DNA of 58,029 bases from a virus (IMGVR_UViG_3300005077_000021:1-58029), one strand, 5' to 3'; numbered from the stretch's first letter, positions 1-9,210 are shown. Numbers and translations: made by a program. Notes: generated by a model not told the origin, from the letters alone.

Positions 1-33
1 GGGAAGTGATCACTTCAAACGGAAGGAGTTCGG

Positions 34-228
34 ATGCGGTTCGCAATTGGTGGTGATGTGACCTTTGTGAAGACCAGACGGGCGGAGGAGGAGGAGGCCC
101 TTTTCAATCTCTTATTGGAGATTGGTGGGAGGCGTTTGTTGTCCTACCATTACATGGACTCTCTGATCGAAAGTGTTTGGATGCGGAGAAGGAGGGAGGA
201 AAAAAAAGATGGCCGAGCTGTTCCTTGA
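34..228 (+). CDS. Small protein, DpdA-associated (RLLSY motif)
   Basis: ATG with AAGGAG RBS; overlaps the DpdA start; shares a hydrophobic-G start and RLLSYHY motif with the ORF at 1096. Confidence 0.6.
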   Translation: MRFAIGGDVTFVKTRRAEEEEALFNLLLEIGGRRLLSYHYMDSLIESVWMRRRREEKKDGRAVP

Positions 229-1099
229 TAGTGGGGCGTTCTCCGCATACAGCAAGGGGGTGGTGATCTCTCTGGAGGAGTATATTCAGTTCATCAAGAA
301 GCATGAAAGGTTCCTGTCAGTGTATGCCAACCTGGATGTGATCGGTGATCCGGCTGCTACCTGGAGGAATCAGATCACGATGGAAAAGGCTGGCCTCAAA
401 CCACTCCCCTGTTTTCACTACGGGGAAGATCCCAAGTTCCTGGAGAGATACTTGAAGCGCGGGTACGATTACATAGCCCTTGGCGGGATGGTTCCCATCT
501 CCAAGGCTGATCTGCTTCCATGGCTGGATCATCTTTTTCTCCACTACTTCACGGATGTGAATGGGATGCCCAAGGTCAAGATACATGGGTTCGGGATGTC
601 GATCTTCGAGCTTCTGTTCCGCTATCCCTGGTACTCCGTGGATTCCACCTCTTGGATTATGACATCCAGGATGGGTGCCGTGTTCGTGCCGAAGTTCAGG
701 AACGGGAGTTTTACTTACTCCGAGCCGCCATGGAAGGTGGATGTGTCTTTGCGTTCTCCAAAGGCCCGTCTGGTGGACTCCTCTCACCTCAATTCTTTTG
801 GGGAGAAGGAGAAGGGGGTCATCCTCTCCTATTTCGAGCGTGGTGGTTTTTCCCTTGGCCGGTCTGAGTTCAAGGTGGTGGAGTCTGGATATCCCCTCCA
901 GGAGGGGGAGAGGTGGTTGGGGAAGCCGCGTGCGGATGGGACTCGTGAGGTGGAGGTGGTGGTGGAGACTGGGTTGTGTAATAGTTATCCGCATCGGGAT
1001 CTTCTCTGCATTCGATATCTTGTTGAGTTTGAGAGGGTCTTTCCTAAATGGCCTTGGGCGTTTCGTTACGGCAGGAGGTTACGGGGGTTTCTGGGATGA
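209..1099 (+). CDS. dpdA: DpdA-like / TGT-fold 7-deazaguanine DNA transglycosylase
   Basis: TGT-barrel motifs LFLDSGAFSA, NLDVIGD, YIALGGMV, KIHGFG, YSVDSTSW; GGAGG RBS before ATG 209; QueE in the same genome. Confidence 0.8.
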   Translation: MAELFLDSGAFSAYSKGVVISLEEYIQFIKKHERFLSVYANLDVIGDPAATWRNQITMEKAGLKPLPCFHYGEDPKFLERYLKRGYDYIALGGMVPISKADLLPWLDHLFLHYFTDVNGMPKVKIHGFGMSIFELLFRYPWYSVDSTSWIMTSRMGAVFVPKFRNGSFTYSEPPWKVDVSLRSPKARLVDSSHLNSFGEKEKGVILSYFERGGFSLGRSEFKVVESGYPLQEGERWLGKPRADGTREVEVVVETGLCNSYPHRDLLCIRYLVEFERVFPKWPWAFRYGRRLRGFLG

Positions 1100-1353
1100 A
1101 ATTCTACTTTGCTGGGTGCGCGCCAGGATTGGAACCGCAGCGGGTGATTGTTCGTATCCCGAAGAGATTGATTTCTTTCTACCACATAAAGACCAATGAG
1201 TTTGGTCTCGGCGATGTTTTTGCGGGGGTCGTTTATGACAATTGTGAACAGGCAGAGACTGTCGGAAGCTCTGAAGCTGGCCTCGTCCGGATTGGTGGGA
1301 AAGGAGATAGTAGAGTATTCTCAATCGTTCCGGTTCACTGGATCCCAGATTGA
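1096..1353 (+). CDS. Small protein, DpdA-associated (MKFYFAG...RLISFYH)
   Basis: ATGA overlap with the dpdA stop; motif similar to ORF 34..228; overlaps the clamp gene by ~120 nt. Confidence 0.5.
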   Translation: MKFYFAGCAPGLEPQRVIVRIPKRLISFYHIKTNEFGLGDVFAGVVYDNCEQAETVGSSEAGLVRIGGKGDSRVFSIVPVHWIPD

Positions 1354-2236
1354 AACCATTGGGAGTGATGTGGTCACTTCGGTTCCGATGGAGACCGGGG
1401 TGGAGGGTCTGATCCCTTCCGGGAAGATCCTGGAGTTTCTCTCACGCTGCAAGGATGAGGAAATCACGATTGAGTCATCGGGTGGGGAAATCCTGCTTTC
1501 TGGGAAGAGAGTGAAAGTGGGAATCCCGATGGTGGATGCTTCCCCGGAGGAACAGGAGTGGCCGGCCCCCGATGGGTGGTCAAGCCTCCCGGATGGATTT
1601 ATCGAAGCGGTGAAGGTGGTGGTGAAGTCCGCCGGTACGGACATAACCAAGCCGGTGCTCACCATGATTCACGGGACCGAAAATTATCTGGAGGCGTTCG
1701 ACAATTACCAGTTCACCAGGGCCTTCCTCGGTGGTTCCTTCAAGAAGAAGGAGGATCTCCTCATTCCGGCCGCGCGGGTTCCTTCTCTTCTGTCGGCGGC
1801 TCCTACCAAGTATCACCAGGGGGGATCCTGGATCTATTTTCAGTCCGCCGATGGATTGATGCTTGGGTTCCGGACGATGGATGGTTCTTTCGAAGACCTG
1901 GATCAGTTCATCCCTACTGGTCCGGAGGTGCAGTTCCCGGTGGATATCATTGATGCGCTTCAGCGGGCTGCTGTGTTCGTTGATTCGACCGTCGGAGAAG
2001 ATTTCTGTCGGGTCTCCCTCACCGAGAACATGATCCTGGTGGAGGCCCGTGGGACGGATGGATGGTTGAAGGAGACCACCCGCGTGCGGTTCAAGGGGGA
2101 GCCGGTCTCCATGCTGATCCGGCCTCTTCCATTTGCGGAGGCTCTGAGGTACTCCTCCCGGGCCGTGATTGGGGAATCATCGTTGATGCTCAAGAGTGAT
2201 CGGATGCTTCATGTGGTGTGGTTGCCCGATGATTAG
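1235..2236 (+). CDS. dnaN: DNA polymerase III beta-like sliding clamp
   Basis: ~333 aa; N-terminal IVNRQRLSEALK; central SAGTDITKPVLTMIH...LEAFDNYQF resembles the DnaN RPVLTG...ATDGHRL region; sits next to polymerase and clamp loader. Confidence 0.75.
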   Translation: MTIVNRQRLSEALKLASSGLVGKEIVEYSQSFRFTGSQIETIGSDVVTSVPMETGVEGLIPSGKILEFLSRCKDEEITIESSGGEILLSGKRVKVGIPMVDASPEEQEWPAPDGWSSLPDGFIEAVKVVVKSAGTDITKPVLTMIHGTENYLEAFDNYQFTRAFLGGSFKKKEDLLIPAARVPSLLSAAPTKYHQGGSWIYFQSADGLMLGFRTMDGSFEDLDQFIPTGPEVQFPVDIIDALQRAAVFVDSTVGEDFCRVSLTENMILVEARGTDGWLKETTRVRFKGEPVSMLIRPLPFAEALRYSSRAVIGESSLMLKSDRMLHVVWLPDD

Positions 2237-3431
2237 ACGAGGATTTTTTCGAGACGAGGAGATCAATGGGTCTGGATGTGGATTCACCTGTTCCCTCCAG
2301 GATGGGTGCATCAATCCCAAGATTGAGCCGTCCGGGAAGGGTGCCTTGGGAATCCTCATCGTGGCGGAGGCTCCTGGGGAGGAGGAGGACAAGAGGGGAA
2401 CACAACTGGTCGGAAGGGTGGGGAGTGATTTTCGTTCCCTGCTCTCTCGTGAGTTTCAGTTGAATCTTGATCACGATTTTCGGAAGACCAATGCGGTAAG
2501 ATGTCGCCCGCCGAAGAACAGAAAACCGACTGGGGAGGAGGTTGGTGCTTGTCGGGATCATCTCCTGGAGGAGATCAAGTCCTTCCGGCCGAGGGTGATT
2601 ATCTCCTTGGGGGGGACTGCTCTGGAGAGCTTGATCGGGGATCAATGGACAAAGGATCTTGGTGGGATCTCCAGGTGGAGGGGGTTCCGGATTCCGAATC
2701 ACCGCTTCGGGGCTTGGGTATGCCCTACCTGGCATCCTAGTTACGTGGCCAGGATGCGGAACGACAAGAAGGGGTCCGCGGTGGAGCCCTTGTTCGTTCG
2801 TGATCTGAAGGAGGCTATTGATCACAGAGCGGATCCCCTCCCCAGCCCGGTGGATCCATCTTCCGTGATGTTGGAGAAGGATCCGAACAAGGCTGCTGCC
2901 ATGATCCGGGGGTTTCAGGATGGGGTGTATGCGGTGGATTTCGAGACTACCGGGCTTCGCCCACATTCGGAGGGGCATCGGATCGTGTGTGCCGCAATCT
3001 CCAATGGAGAGGAGACCCTGGCTTTTCCGGTGGAGGGGAGAAGCAAACAGGCCCTTGCTCGATTCATGGAGGGATCTAGATGGAAGAAGGTGGCGGCTCA
3101 CGTTCAGTTTGAGGATCTCTGGTCGTCGGTGTGTCTTGGGAAGAAGCCGGATGGGTGGGTGTGGGATACCATGCTTGCCGCCCACGTGCTGGACAATCGG
3201 CAGGGAATCACCGGCTTGAAGTTCCAGGCGTTTGTTCACCTTGGTCTTGTTGGATATGATGATCACGTTCACCAGTTTTTGGAAGCCGGGGGAGGAGCCA
3301 ATACGATCAATTCCATTGATCGTGTCCCCCTGGATCGTCTCCTTCTGTATTGCGGTCTTGATGCCCTGTCAGAATTCCGTCTGTTTCGGAAACAGGAGGT
3401 GCTCCTTCGTGGGAATGATATCCCGATGTAA
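2229..3431 (+). CDS. Family-4-like uracil-DNA glycosylase fused to 3'-5' exonuclease (N-terminal half of an SPO1-type DNA polymerase)
   Basis: UDG motifs AEAPG, TNAVRCRPP, HPSY with Fe-S Cys; exonuclease motifs AVDFETTG, WDTM, YCGLD. Confidence 0.85.
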   Translation: MIRRGFFRDEEINGSGCGFTCSLQDGCINPKIEPSGKGALGILIVAEAPGEEEDKRGTQLVGRVGSDFRSLLSREFQLNLDHDFRKTNAVRCRPPKNRKPTGEEVGACRDHLLEEIKSFRPRVIISLGGTALESLIGDQWTKDLGGISRWRGFRIPNHRFGAWVCPTWHPSYVARMRNDKKGSAVEPLFVRDLKEAIDHRADPLPSPVDPSSVMLEKDPNKAAAMIRGFQDGVYAVDFETTGLRPHSEGHRIVCAAISNGEETLAFPVEGRSKQALARFMEGSRWKKVAAHVQFEDLWSSVCLGKKPDGWVWDTMLAAHVLDNRQGITGLKFQAFVHLGLVGYDDHVHQFLEAGGGANTINSIDRVPLDRLLLYCGLDALSEFRLFRKQEVLLRGNDIPM

Positions 3432-3759
3432 GTTTTCCTATGAGGATCTGTATCCTCCGGAGTATGTTCCGGGAGAATACGCCGGACCCCTACCAGAAGA
3501 CCCCCGTGTTCCGAGGCCCGATGTGTTGTTCGTGATTTCCTTTGATCAGAAAAACGACAAGATCCATCGTGGTGGGATGGTGTTCGGTCCCACGTGTATT
3601 CTATGGGATGTCTTGGAGTTCGTCCCAGACGAATCAATGAATGGGAAAGGGATCTTCTTGATTCGAGAGTTTGTCGATGGGAAGAGCACTCCTATTTTTC
3701 GGTGGCATCCTGGAAGAGGGGCTTGGATCAGAACAGCCAAGGGGGGGCTTCCGTGCTGA
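3409..3759 (+). CDS. Hypothetical protein inserted between the two polymerase halves
   Basis: AGGAGGT RBS at 3394-3400 before GTG 3409 (ATG 3415 is an alternative); overlaps both flanking genes. Confidence 0.55.
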   Translation: MGMISRCKFSYEDLYPPEYVPGEYAGPLPEDPRVPRPDVLFVISFDQKNDKIHRGGMVFGPTCILWDVLEFVPDESMNGKGIFLIREFVDGKSTPIFRWHPGRGAWIRTAKGGLPC

Positions 3760-5117
3760 CCGCTACAAACGCAAATCGTCTTTTGTTGGATGGGGCCCTG
3801 GTCTTGGCTATCGCCGAGCAGACCGGGATCCGGATTGATATGGATAGGGCAATGAGTATCGGGAGGCATTTGGATCGGCAGATCCAAAGGAAGGAGGAAC
3901 GTCTGCTGACGGGCACTGAACTTGGTAAGGCGTGGTTGGGTCTCTTCAAGAAGGTGAACACCTCATCGGATCATCAGTTGATCAAGGTAGCCAACCTTCT
4001 TGGGATGTCATCGGACAGAAAGACCGTGAAGGGGAATCAGTCTGTAAATGCAGAGGTTCTTCTAGATTCGAACATCGACGGGGCTGCGGAACTTGTTCGT
4101 CTCCGGAAGCTCCGGAAGGTTCGCGGGACGTATCTCAAGAACATCGAGCGGGAGGTGGTGAGACATGTGGATGGGGATTGGTATCTGCATCCCTTCTTTC
4201 ATTTGAATACCGTGAGAACCTACCGCTCCTCCTCCTCCTCCCCGAACTTTCAGAACATCCCCCACCGGGATCCGGAGATCAAGGGCATGATCCGGCCGCT
4301 GTTCGTCCCCAGGAGAGGGAGGTGTCTTCTGGAGGTGGACTTCAAGGCCTTGGAGGTGGGGATTGCGGCCTGCTACCATCGGGATCCCACCATGATAGCC
4401 TATCTCAAGACGGATCCAGGAGCGATGCATTCCGACATGGCCAGGGAGTTGTTCCGGATCTCGAGGGAGGTTCCGGTGACGAAGCAGGTTCGTTATGTCG
4501 CCAAGAACCGGTTCGTGTTCCCTGAATTCTACGGTTCCTGGTATGGGGAGTGTGCCCGAACATTGTGGGCTGCTGTACCATCCTTGGAGATCGGTGGGGT
4601 TCCAATGGGAGAGCATCTCAAGCAGAAGGGGATATCCTCCTTCCAGGCGTTTGAACGTCATGTGGAGAGGATTGAGCGGGTGCTCTGGGATAAGCGGTTT
4701 CCGGTGTATCGGGATTGGAAAGAACAATGGTGGAGGAAGTACCTGCAGACCGGATTCTTTGACACTCTTACAGGTTTTCGTTGTTCTGGGGAGATGAGAC
4801 GGAACGAGGTGATCAACTATCCTGTTCAGGGTTCGGCTTTTCATTGTCTTTTGAAGGTGCTCATTCAGGCAATTCCTCTCCTGGCCAAAGAGGAGAACCG
4901 ACGAATCTCTTTCGTTGGTCAAATTCATGATTCGGCCCTATTCGATCTTCCATTGGAGGAAGTGTCCAGGTGGTTTTCCATAATGAACGAGACCGCTTCG
5001 AAGTGGCTTCCAAGGGTGTGGGATTGGATCATCGTTCCGATGGCTTTGGATGGGGAAAGATCCGAGATGGATGGTTCGTGGAATGAGATGTGTGCAGTTG
5101 AGGAGGGGAAAGCATGA
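3753..5117 (+). CDS. polA: Family A DNA polymerase, polymerase domain
   Basis: RTYRSSSSSPNFQNIP; motif A EVDFKALEV; motif B RYVAKNRFVFPEFYG; NYPVQGSA; motif C QIHDS. Confidence 0.9.
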   Translation: MLTATNANRLLLDGALVLAIAEQTGIRIDMDRAMSIGRHLDRQIQRKEERLLTGTELGKAWLGLFKKVNTSSDHQLIKVANLLGMSSDRKTVKGNQSVNAEVLLDSNIDGAAELVRLRKLRKVRGTYLKNIEREVVRHVDGDWYLHPFFHLNTVRTYRSSSSSPNFQNIPHRDPEIKGMIRPLFVPRRGRCLLEVDFKALEVGIAACYHRDPTMIAYLKTDPGAMHSDMARELFRISREVPVTKQVRYVAKNRFVFPEFYGSWYGECARTLWAAVPSLEIGGVPMGEHLKQKGISSFQAFERHVERIERVLWDKRFPVYRDWKEQWWRKYLQTGFFDTLTGFRCSGEMRRNEVINYPVQGSAFHCLLKVLIQAIPLLAKEENRRISFVGQIHDSALFDLPLEEVSRWFSIMNETASKWLPRVWDWIIVPMALDGERSEMDGSWNEMCAVEEGKA

Positions 5118-6043
5118 GCCTGGCCACACGATACCGACCAACCACGTTTGATGAAATGATAGGTAACAAGAAAATCATTTCGTCGATCAAGTCCCTCCTC
5201 CAGTCGGAGGAACAGCCGCAGGCTTGGTTGTTCTATGGTGGTTATGGGAGGGGGAAAACCACCTTGGCAAGGATCGTTGCCAGGGGATTGGGGTGCGACC
5301 ACCCCGTGGACCTTGAGGAGGTGGATGCCGCAAAATATTCTGGGGTTGGGCATTCCAGGCAGATCCTATCGAGGATTCATCTCAAGCCGGCCAAGAGCAG
5401 GAGGAGGGTGTGGATCTTTGATGAATGTCATGCCATGTCCAAGGAAGCCGAGCGGAGTCTTTTGAAGTCCCTGGAAGAAGCCCCGAAGAGTACCGCATTC
5501 ATCCTGGCAACCACGGATGTGGATGGGCTTCTCCCCACCGTGAAATCCAGGTGTATGCAATTTCAGGTGGAGGATCCTCCGGAAGAGGAGTTGATCCGGC
5601 ATCTTCGTGATGTGGCCAGGAGGGAGCGGGTGAAGCTTCCGAAGGAGGTGGCTGAACAGATCACACGTGGATCCCAGGGATCGGTCCGAGATGCCATGAT
5701 GATGCTGGAACAGGTTCTGGGTCTTCCTTTGGAGGAGATGCTCGGGGCCGTCGAGAGGATGACCACCGTGGATGTTCAGACCAAGGATCTCCTCCGGGCT
5801 CTCATGGGGAAAAGTGATTGGAAGAAGATCGCCGGTTTTTTGGATGGGCTCCGCGGGGAGGATCCGGAGAAACTGCGTCGGGCAGTGATCGGATACTGCA
5901 CCGCCGTCCTCATGAAGGGCCCAAACTCCAGGGCCTTCTTGGTGGCAGATACCATGATCGGGGCTGGGTTCATCCGTGCGGGGTTTTCCGAGTTTGTCAT
6001 CACCTGTTATCGGGCCTGGCTCGATTCCCAGGATGTGAAGTGA
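5114..6043 (+). CDS. dnaX: DnaX (gamma/tau)-like AAA+ clamp loader
   Basis: LATRYRPTTFDEMIG, Walker A GGYGRGKTT, Walker B IFDECH, SRC motif (KSRC), GSVRDA. Confidence 0.9.
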   Translation: MSLATRYRPTTFDEMIGNKKIISSIKSLLQSEEQPQAWLFYGGYGRGKTTLARIVARGLGCDHPVDLEEVDAAKYSGVGHSRQILSRIHLKPAKSRRRVWIFDECHAMSKEAERSLLKSLEEAPKSTAFILATTDVDGLLPTVKSRCMQFQVEDPPEEELIRHLRDVARRERVKLPKEVAEQITRGSQGSVRDAMMMLEQVLGLPLEEMLGAVERMTTVDVQTKDLLRALMGKSDWKKIAGFLDGLRGEDPEKLRRAVIGYCTAVLMKGPNSRAFLVADTMIGAGFIRAGFSEFVITCYRAWLDSQDVK

Positions 6044-6097
6044 TTCATAATTCGGAAAGCCGTCTATATATATTCAGGAAGAAAGGAGGGGGGTTCG

Positions 6098-6646
6098 ATG
6101 AAAACGACGAGAGAAAGAATGAAGGAGGTCATGGAGGAGGAGGGTCGGTGGAGTAATCTCATCCAGCCGATTGATGTGGATGCCCTGGATGAGGAGTGGA
6201 AGCAGCAGCCCAATCTGTACATGAAATATGTCGAGGAGGCCAAGCGCCTCCAGAAGGAGGCTCGCCTGGCTGAAGAGTTGGTGAAGACGATTCGGAGCGA
6301 ACTCATCCTGGAGGCAAACCGGGATGGGATTCCTGGGGTTGATAAGATCACGGACACGAAGGTCGAGGCTTTCTACCGGACGCATCCGAAGTACCAGGAA
6401 GCGAAAGCGGCCTGGATCCAGGCTCAATATGAATCCGATGTGGCTGATGGGAAGGTGTGGGCGGCACAGCAACGCAAGAGCGCTCTGGAGAACCTGGCCC
6501 TCCTCTGGGGACAGGAGTACTTCTCCTCCCCCAGGGAACCACGGAAGACCCCAGCCACATCGAGGATGGGGGATGGATGGGGGCCCAGGATGAGAGAAGC
6601 GGCGGATGCACGAAAGAAAAGGGAAACCACAAACGAGGAGGACTGA
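6098..6646 (+). CDS. UvsY-like recombination mediator (helical protein)
   Basis: IDVDALDEEWKQQPNLY...ITDTKVEAF...HPKYQEAK...QRKSAL pattern; precedes SSB and RecA. Confidence 0.5.
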   Translation: MKTTRERMKEVMEEEGRWSNLIQPIDVDALDEEWKQQPNLYMKYVEEAKRLQKEARLAEELVKTIRSELILEANRDGIPGVDKITDTKVEAFYRTHPKYQEAKAAWIQAQYESDVADGKVWAAQQRKSALENLALLWGQEYFSSPREPRKTPATSRMGDGWGPRMREAADARKKRETTNEED

Positions 6647-6647
6647 G

Positions 6648-7823
6648 ATGAGACGGGACGATGCAAGGGAACGGGCTCGGCAGAGGGCGAAGGAACGGAA
6701 CGAACACGCCGGTGCTGGAGGTGGTGGTGGAAATAATACCGTCTCCTTGCCGGAAGGGGTCGGGTTCCTCAAGATTGATGAGGGTCAATGTATGTTGAAG
6801 GTTCTTGCCTTCACCTCCACGAAGTCTCATGTGCTGGAGGTTCCCCCGGTGGAGAAGGGGGAAATCTGGTGGCGACTGCGGTACAAGATTCATCGGAACG
6901 TGGGCCCGAACAATGAATCCATTGTGTGCCCCACAACGGTCAACAAGCCCTGTCCGATCTGTGAGGAACGGGTTCATCTGTTCGCTGAGAAGAAGAAGGA
7001 GGAAGCGAAGAAGCTGTTCCCCTCATGGAGAAATCTCATTCTGGTGGAGGGGGAGACCCAGGGATCGATTGCGGTTCTCGACATCAGTGAGTATGCTTTT
7101 CTCGAACAACTCAAGAAGGACATGAAGACCGCGGAGGATGACGGGTTGGTGGATGTTCAGACCTTCTATTGGCCCACCGGGGCTGGATATGATCTCCGGT
7201 GCCGGTTCGACAAGGAGTCATATGGAGAAGGGCGTTCCTATCTCAAGTGTTCTCGCGTGGACTTCAAGAAGAGAGAGGCTGTCGATTCGGATTTGTTTGC
7301 CGCGGCAAGCGTTGTGAACATTCAAGAGTGTTTGAATCTGAAGACGTACAATCAAGTGCAGGCTCTTTTCCTTGGGATTGAGGAAGGGGAAGGAGACTCC
7401 AAGGAAGAAGAGAAGGAGCAGCCTTCCACCAGGAAGCCCCAGGCCCCGGCCCCGGTGGCGGAGGAGGAACCGGAACAGGGGGATGACCTTGATGAGATGG
7501 ATGAGGAGGGGCTGCTTGATCTGATAGATGGTCTGGATCTCAGTGTGAGCCCGAAGGCTTTGCGGAAGATGGACGAGGACGGGCTCCGGGAGCTGATCCG
7601 GGATTCCCGTGCGAAGAAGGAGGAGGCTCCCACCCCGGTGAAGAAGAAGAAGGAGGAAGTGAAGAAGGCTCCCGCTCCGGGTTCCAAACCTTCCACCAGG
7701 AAGGACTCTCCGAAGAAGGGGAGTTGCCCGCATGGGCATGTCTTCGGAAAGGATACCGATGAGAAAGACGATTGCGCCGAGTGTGAATCCTGGAGTGAGT
7801 GCCTCGACGCGAAGGAAGGATGA
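6648..7823 (+). CDS. T4 gp32-like single-stranded DNA-binding protein with acidic tail and C-terminal Cys cluster
   Basis: H...VCPTTVNKPCPICE zinc motif, GYDLRC, long acidic C-terminal region, terminal CPHGH...CAECESWSEC. Confidence 0.7.
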   Translation: MRRDDARERARQRAKERNEHAGAGGGGGNNTVSLPEGVGFLKIDEGQCMLKVLAFTSTKSHVLEVPPVEKGEIWWRLRYKIHRNVGPNNESIVCPTTVNKPCPICEERVHLFAEKKKEEAKKLFPSWRNLILVEGETQGSIAVLDISEYAFLEQLKKDMKTAEDDGLVDVQTFYWPTGAGYDLRCRFDKESYGEGRSYLKCSRVDFKKREAVDSDLFAAASVVNIQECLNLKTYNQVQALFLGIEEGEGDSKEEEKEQPSTRKPQAPAPVAEEEPEQGDDLDEMDEEGLLDLIDGLDLSVSPKALRKMDEDGLRELIRDSRAKKEEAPTPVKKKKEEVKKAPAPGSKPSTRKDSPKKGSCPHGHVFGKDTDEKDDCAECESWSECLDAKEG

Positions 7824-7826
7824 GTC

Positions 7827-8117
7827 ATGGCTATGAGAAAGGATCTCCCTCCGGTCCCACCGAAGAATAAGAAGTACATCGGTACTCGTGAAGCGGTGGC
7901 CATATCCGTGGCAGAAGGGATACCGGTTACAGTCGAGACGATTCGGAGGTACGCCTGGAAGTACAATTATGGTTTTCAACGAACTCCGTTTACTCGGTTC
8001 CTGATCATTCAAGATAGTTTTCGGAGGTGGCTGTATGGGCAGAACGAGAGCCAGCAGGGAGGAAGACGCTTCTACGATCCGAGACCCAGTGAAGTCAGCC
8101 CGGCCAGTAGAGAGTGA
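7827..8117 (+). CDS. Small HTH DNA-binding protein (MerR/excisionase-like)
   Basis: YIGTREAVAI...VTVETIRRYA. Confidence 0.5.
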   Translation: MAMRKDLPPVPPKNKKYIGTREAVAISVAEGIPVTVETIRRYAWKYNYGFQRTPFTRFLIIQDSFRRWLYGQNESQQGGRRFYDPRPSEVSPASRE

Positions 8118-9123
8118 TCTCCTTCTCTTCCCCTCCGGTTCCACCCTCCTGAACTTGGCTTGTGCTGATCGAGAAGCGGGAGGGTTCCCTGCCGGGGCGC
8201 TGGTGAACCTAGTGGGGGACAAGAGTGCCGGCAAGACCCTGCTGACCTTGAGTGGTCTAGCGGAGGCTTCCCAGCGGGAAGACCTGGAGAACGTCTTCCT
8301 GGAGTACGATGATGCGGAGAGTGCCAACAATTTTGATTTGTCGGAGATGTTCGGTTCCAAGCTGGAGGAACGGCTCAGTCTTCCGGATCCATCCCACACC
8401 ATCGAACAATACACCGACCGGATCTCCAACCTGATCCGGAGGGGGAGCCCCTTCATTCATGTTCTCGATTCATTCGACATGATCGGGTCGGAGGCCGACC
8501 TGGAGAAGTACGAGAAGGCGAAGGAGGCGAGGGAGAAGGAAAAGAAGACCCCAGGATCCTACGGGACCGGGAGGGCGAAGGGATCGGCGGAGTTCTTCCG
8601 GCTCATGAAACGGGACATCAAGACTACCGACTCCCTCCTGATCATCGTCTCCCAGGTTCGGGAGAATTTGGATGCCTCCGGGCCCTGGTCTCCAAAGCAT
8701 TACCGGGCTGGTGGGAAGTCCCTTGATCACAACGCGCACCTCGTAATCTGGCTGGCTGTGGTGGAACAGATCAAGAAGCAGGTGAACGGCCGGAAGCGAA
8801 CGGTTGGGCAGTGGGTGGAGGCAAAGGTCACAAAGAACAAGGTGACTGGGAAACTCCGCTCCGTCCGGTTCCCGATCTACACCGACTATGGGGTGGATGA
8901 CATCGGTTCAATGGTTTTTTTCCTCATCGAAGAGGGGTGGTGGAGGAAGAAGGGGAACAACCTGTTTATCGCAGAGGAGTTCTCCTTCCAGGGATCGAAG
9001 GAGGACATCATCCGAATGGTGGAGGAGGGTGGAAGGGAGAGGGATCTCCGGCGGATTACAGAGATGGCCTGGGGCACAATCGAGGAAGAGTTCAAGAGCG
9101 GAAGGAAGAAGAGGTTCAGTTGA
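8035..9123 (+). CDS. recA: RecA/UvsX-like recombinase
   Basis: SGSTLLNLAC, Walker A GDKSAGKT, DAE, VLDS, SQVRE, AGGKSL, VTKNK. Confidence 0.9.
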   Translation: MGRTRASREEDASTIRDPVKSARPVESDLLLFPSGSTLLNLACADREAGGFPAGALVNLVGDKSAGKTLLTLSGLAEASQREDLENVFLEYDDAESANNFDLSEMFGSKLEERLSLPDPSHTIEQYTDRISNLIRRGSPFIHVLDSFDMIGSEADLEKYEKAKEAREKEKKTPGSYGTGRAKGSAEFFRLMKRDIKTTDSLLIIVSQVRENLDASGPWSPKHYRAGGKSLDHNAHLVIWLAVVEQIKKQVNGRKRTVGQWVEAKVTKNKVTGKLRSVRFPIYTDYGVDDIGSMVFFLIEEGWWRKKGNNLFIAEEFSFQGSKEDIIRMVEEGGRERDLRRITEMAWGTIEEEFKSGRKKRFS

Positions 9124-9155
9124 TGGAGGCTGCGGTCCTGTGCGCCGCAGCATAT

Positions 9156-9210
9156 GGGGTGGAGGGATTCCCCCTCCTGTGGATCCCTCCACCCCTCTCC
9201 TTTTCTTTTT
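9156..9210 (+). terminator. Rho-independent terminator after recA
   Basis: 13-bp perfect stem GGGGTGGAGGGAT / ATCCCTCCACCCC followed by TCTCCTTTTCTTTTT; a second small hairpin lies at 9129-9151. Confidence 0.7.

Noticed and set aside
3409-3759. Intein or group I intron with homing endonuclease in the polymerase
   Set aside because: The insert is in a separate frame with its own RBS. It has no intein termini or endonuclease motifs, and there is no non-coding room for a ribozyme core.
6044-6074. Promoter upstream of the UvsY-like gene (TTCATA...TATATATATT)
   Set aside because: AT-rich and suggestive, but the -35 match and spacing are too weak to call.
9124-9210. tRNA gene
   Set aside because: Two simple hairpins, no cloverleaf or TTC loop; no tRNA recognised elsewhere in the window.
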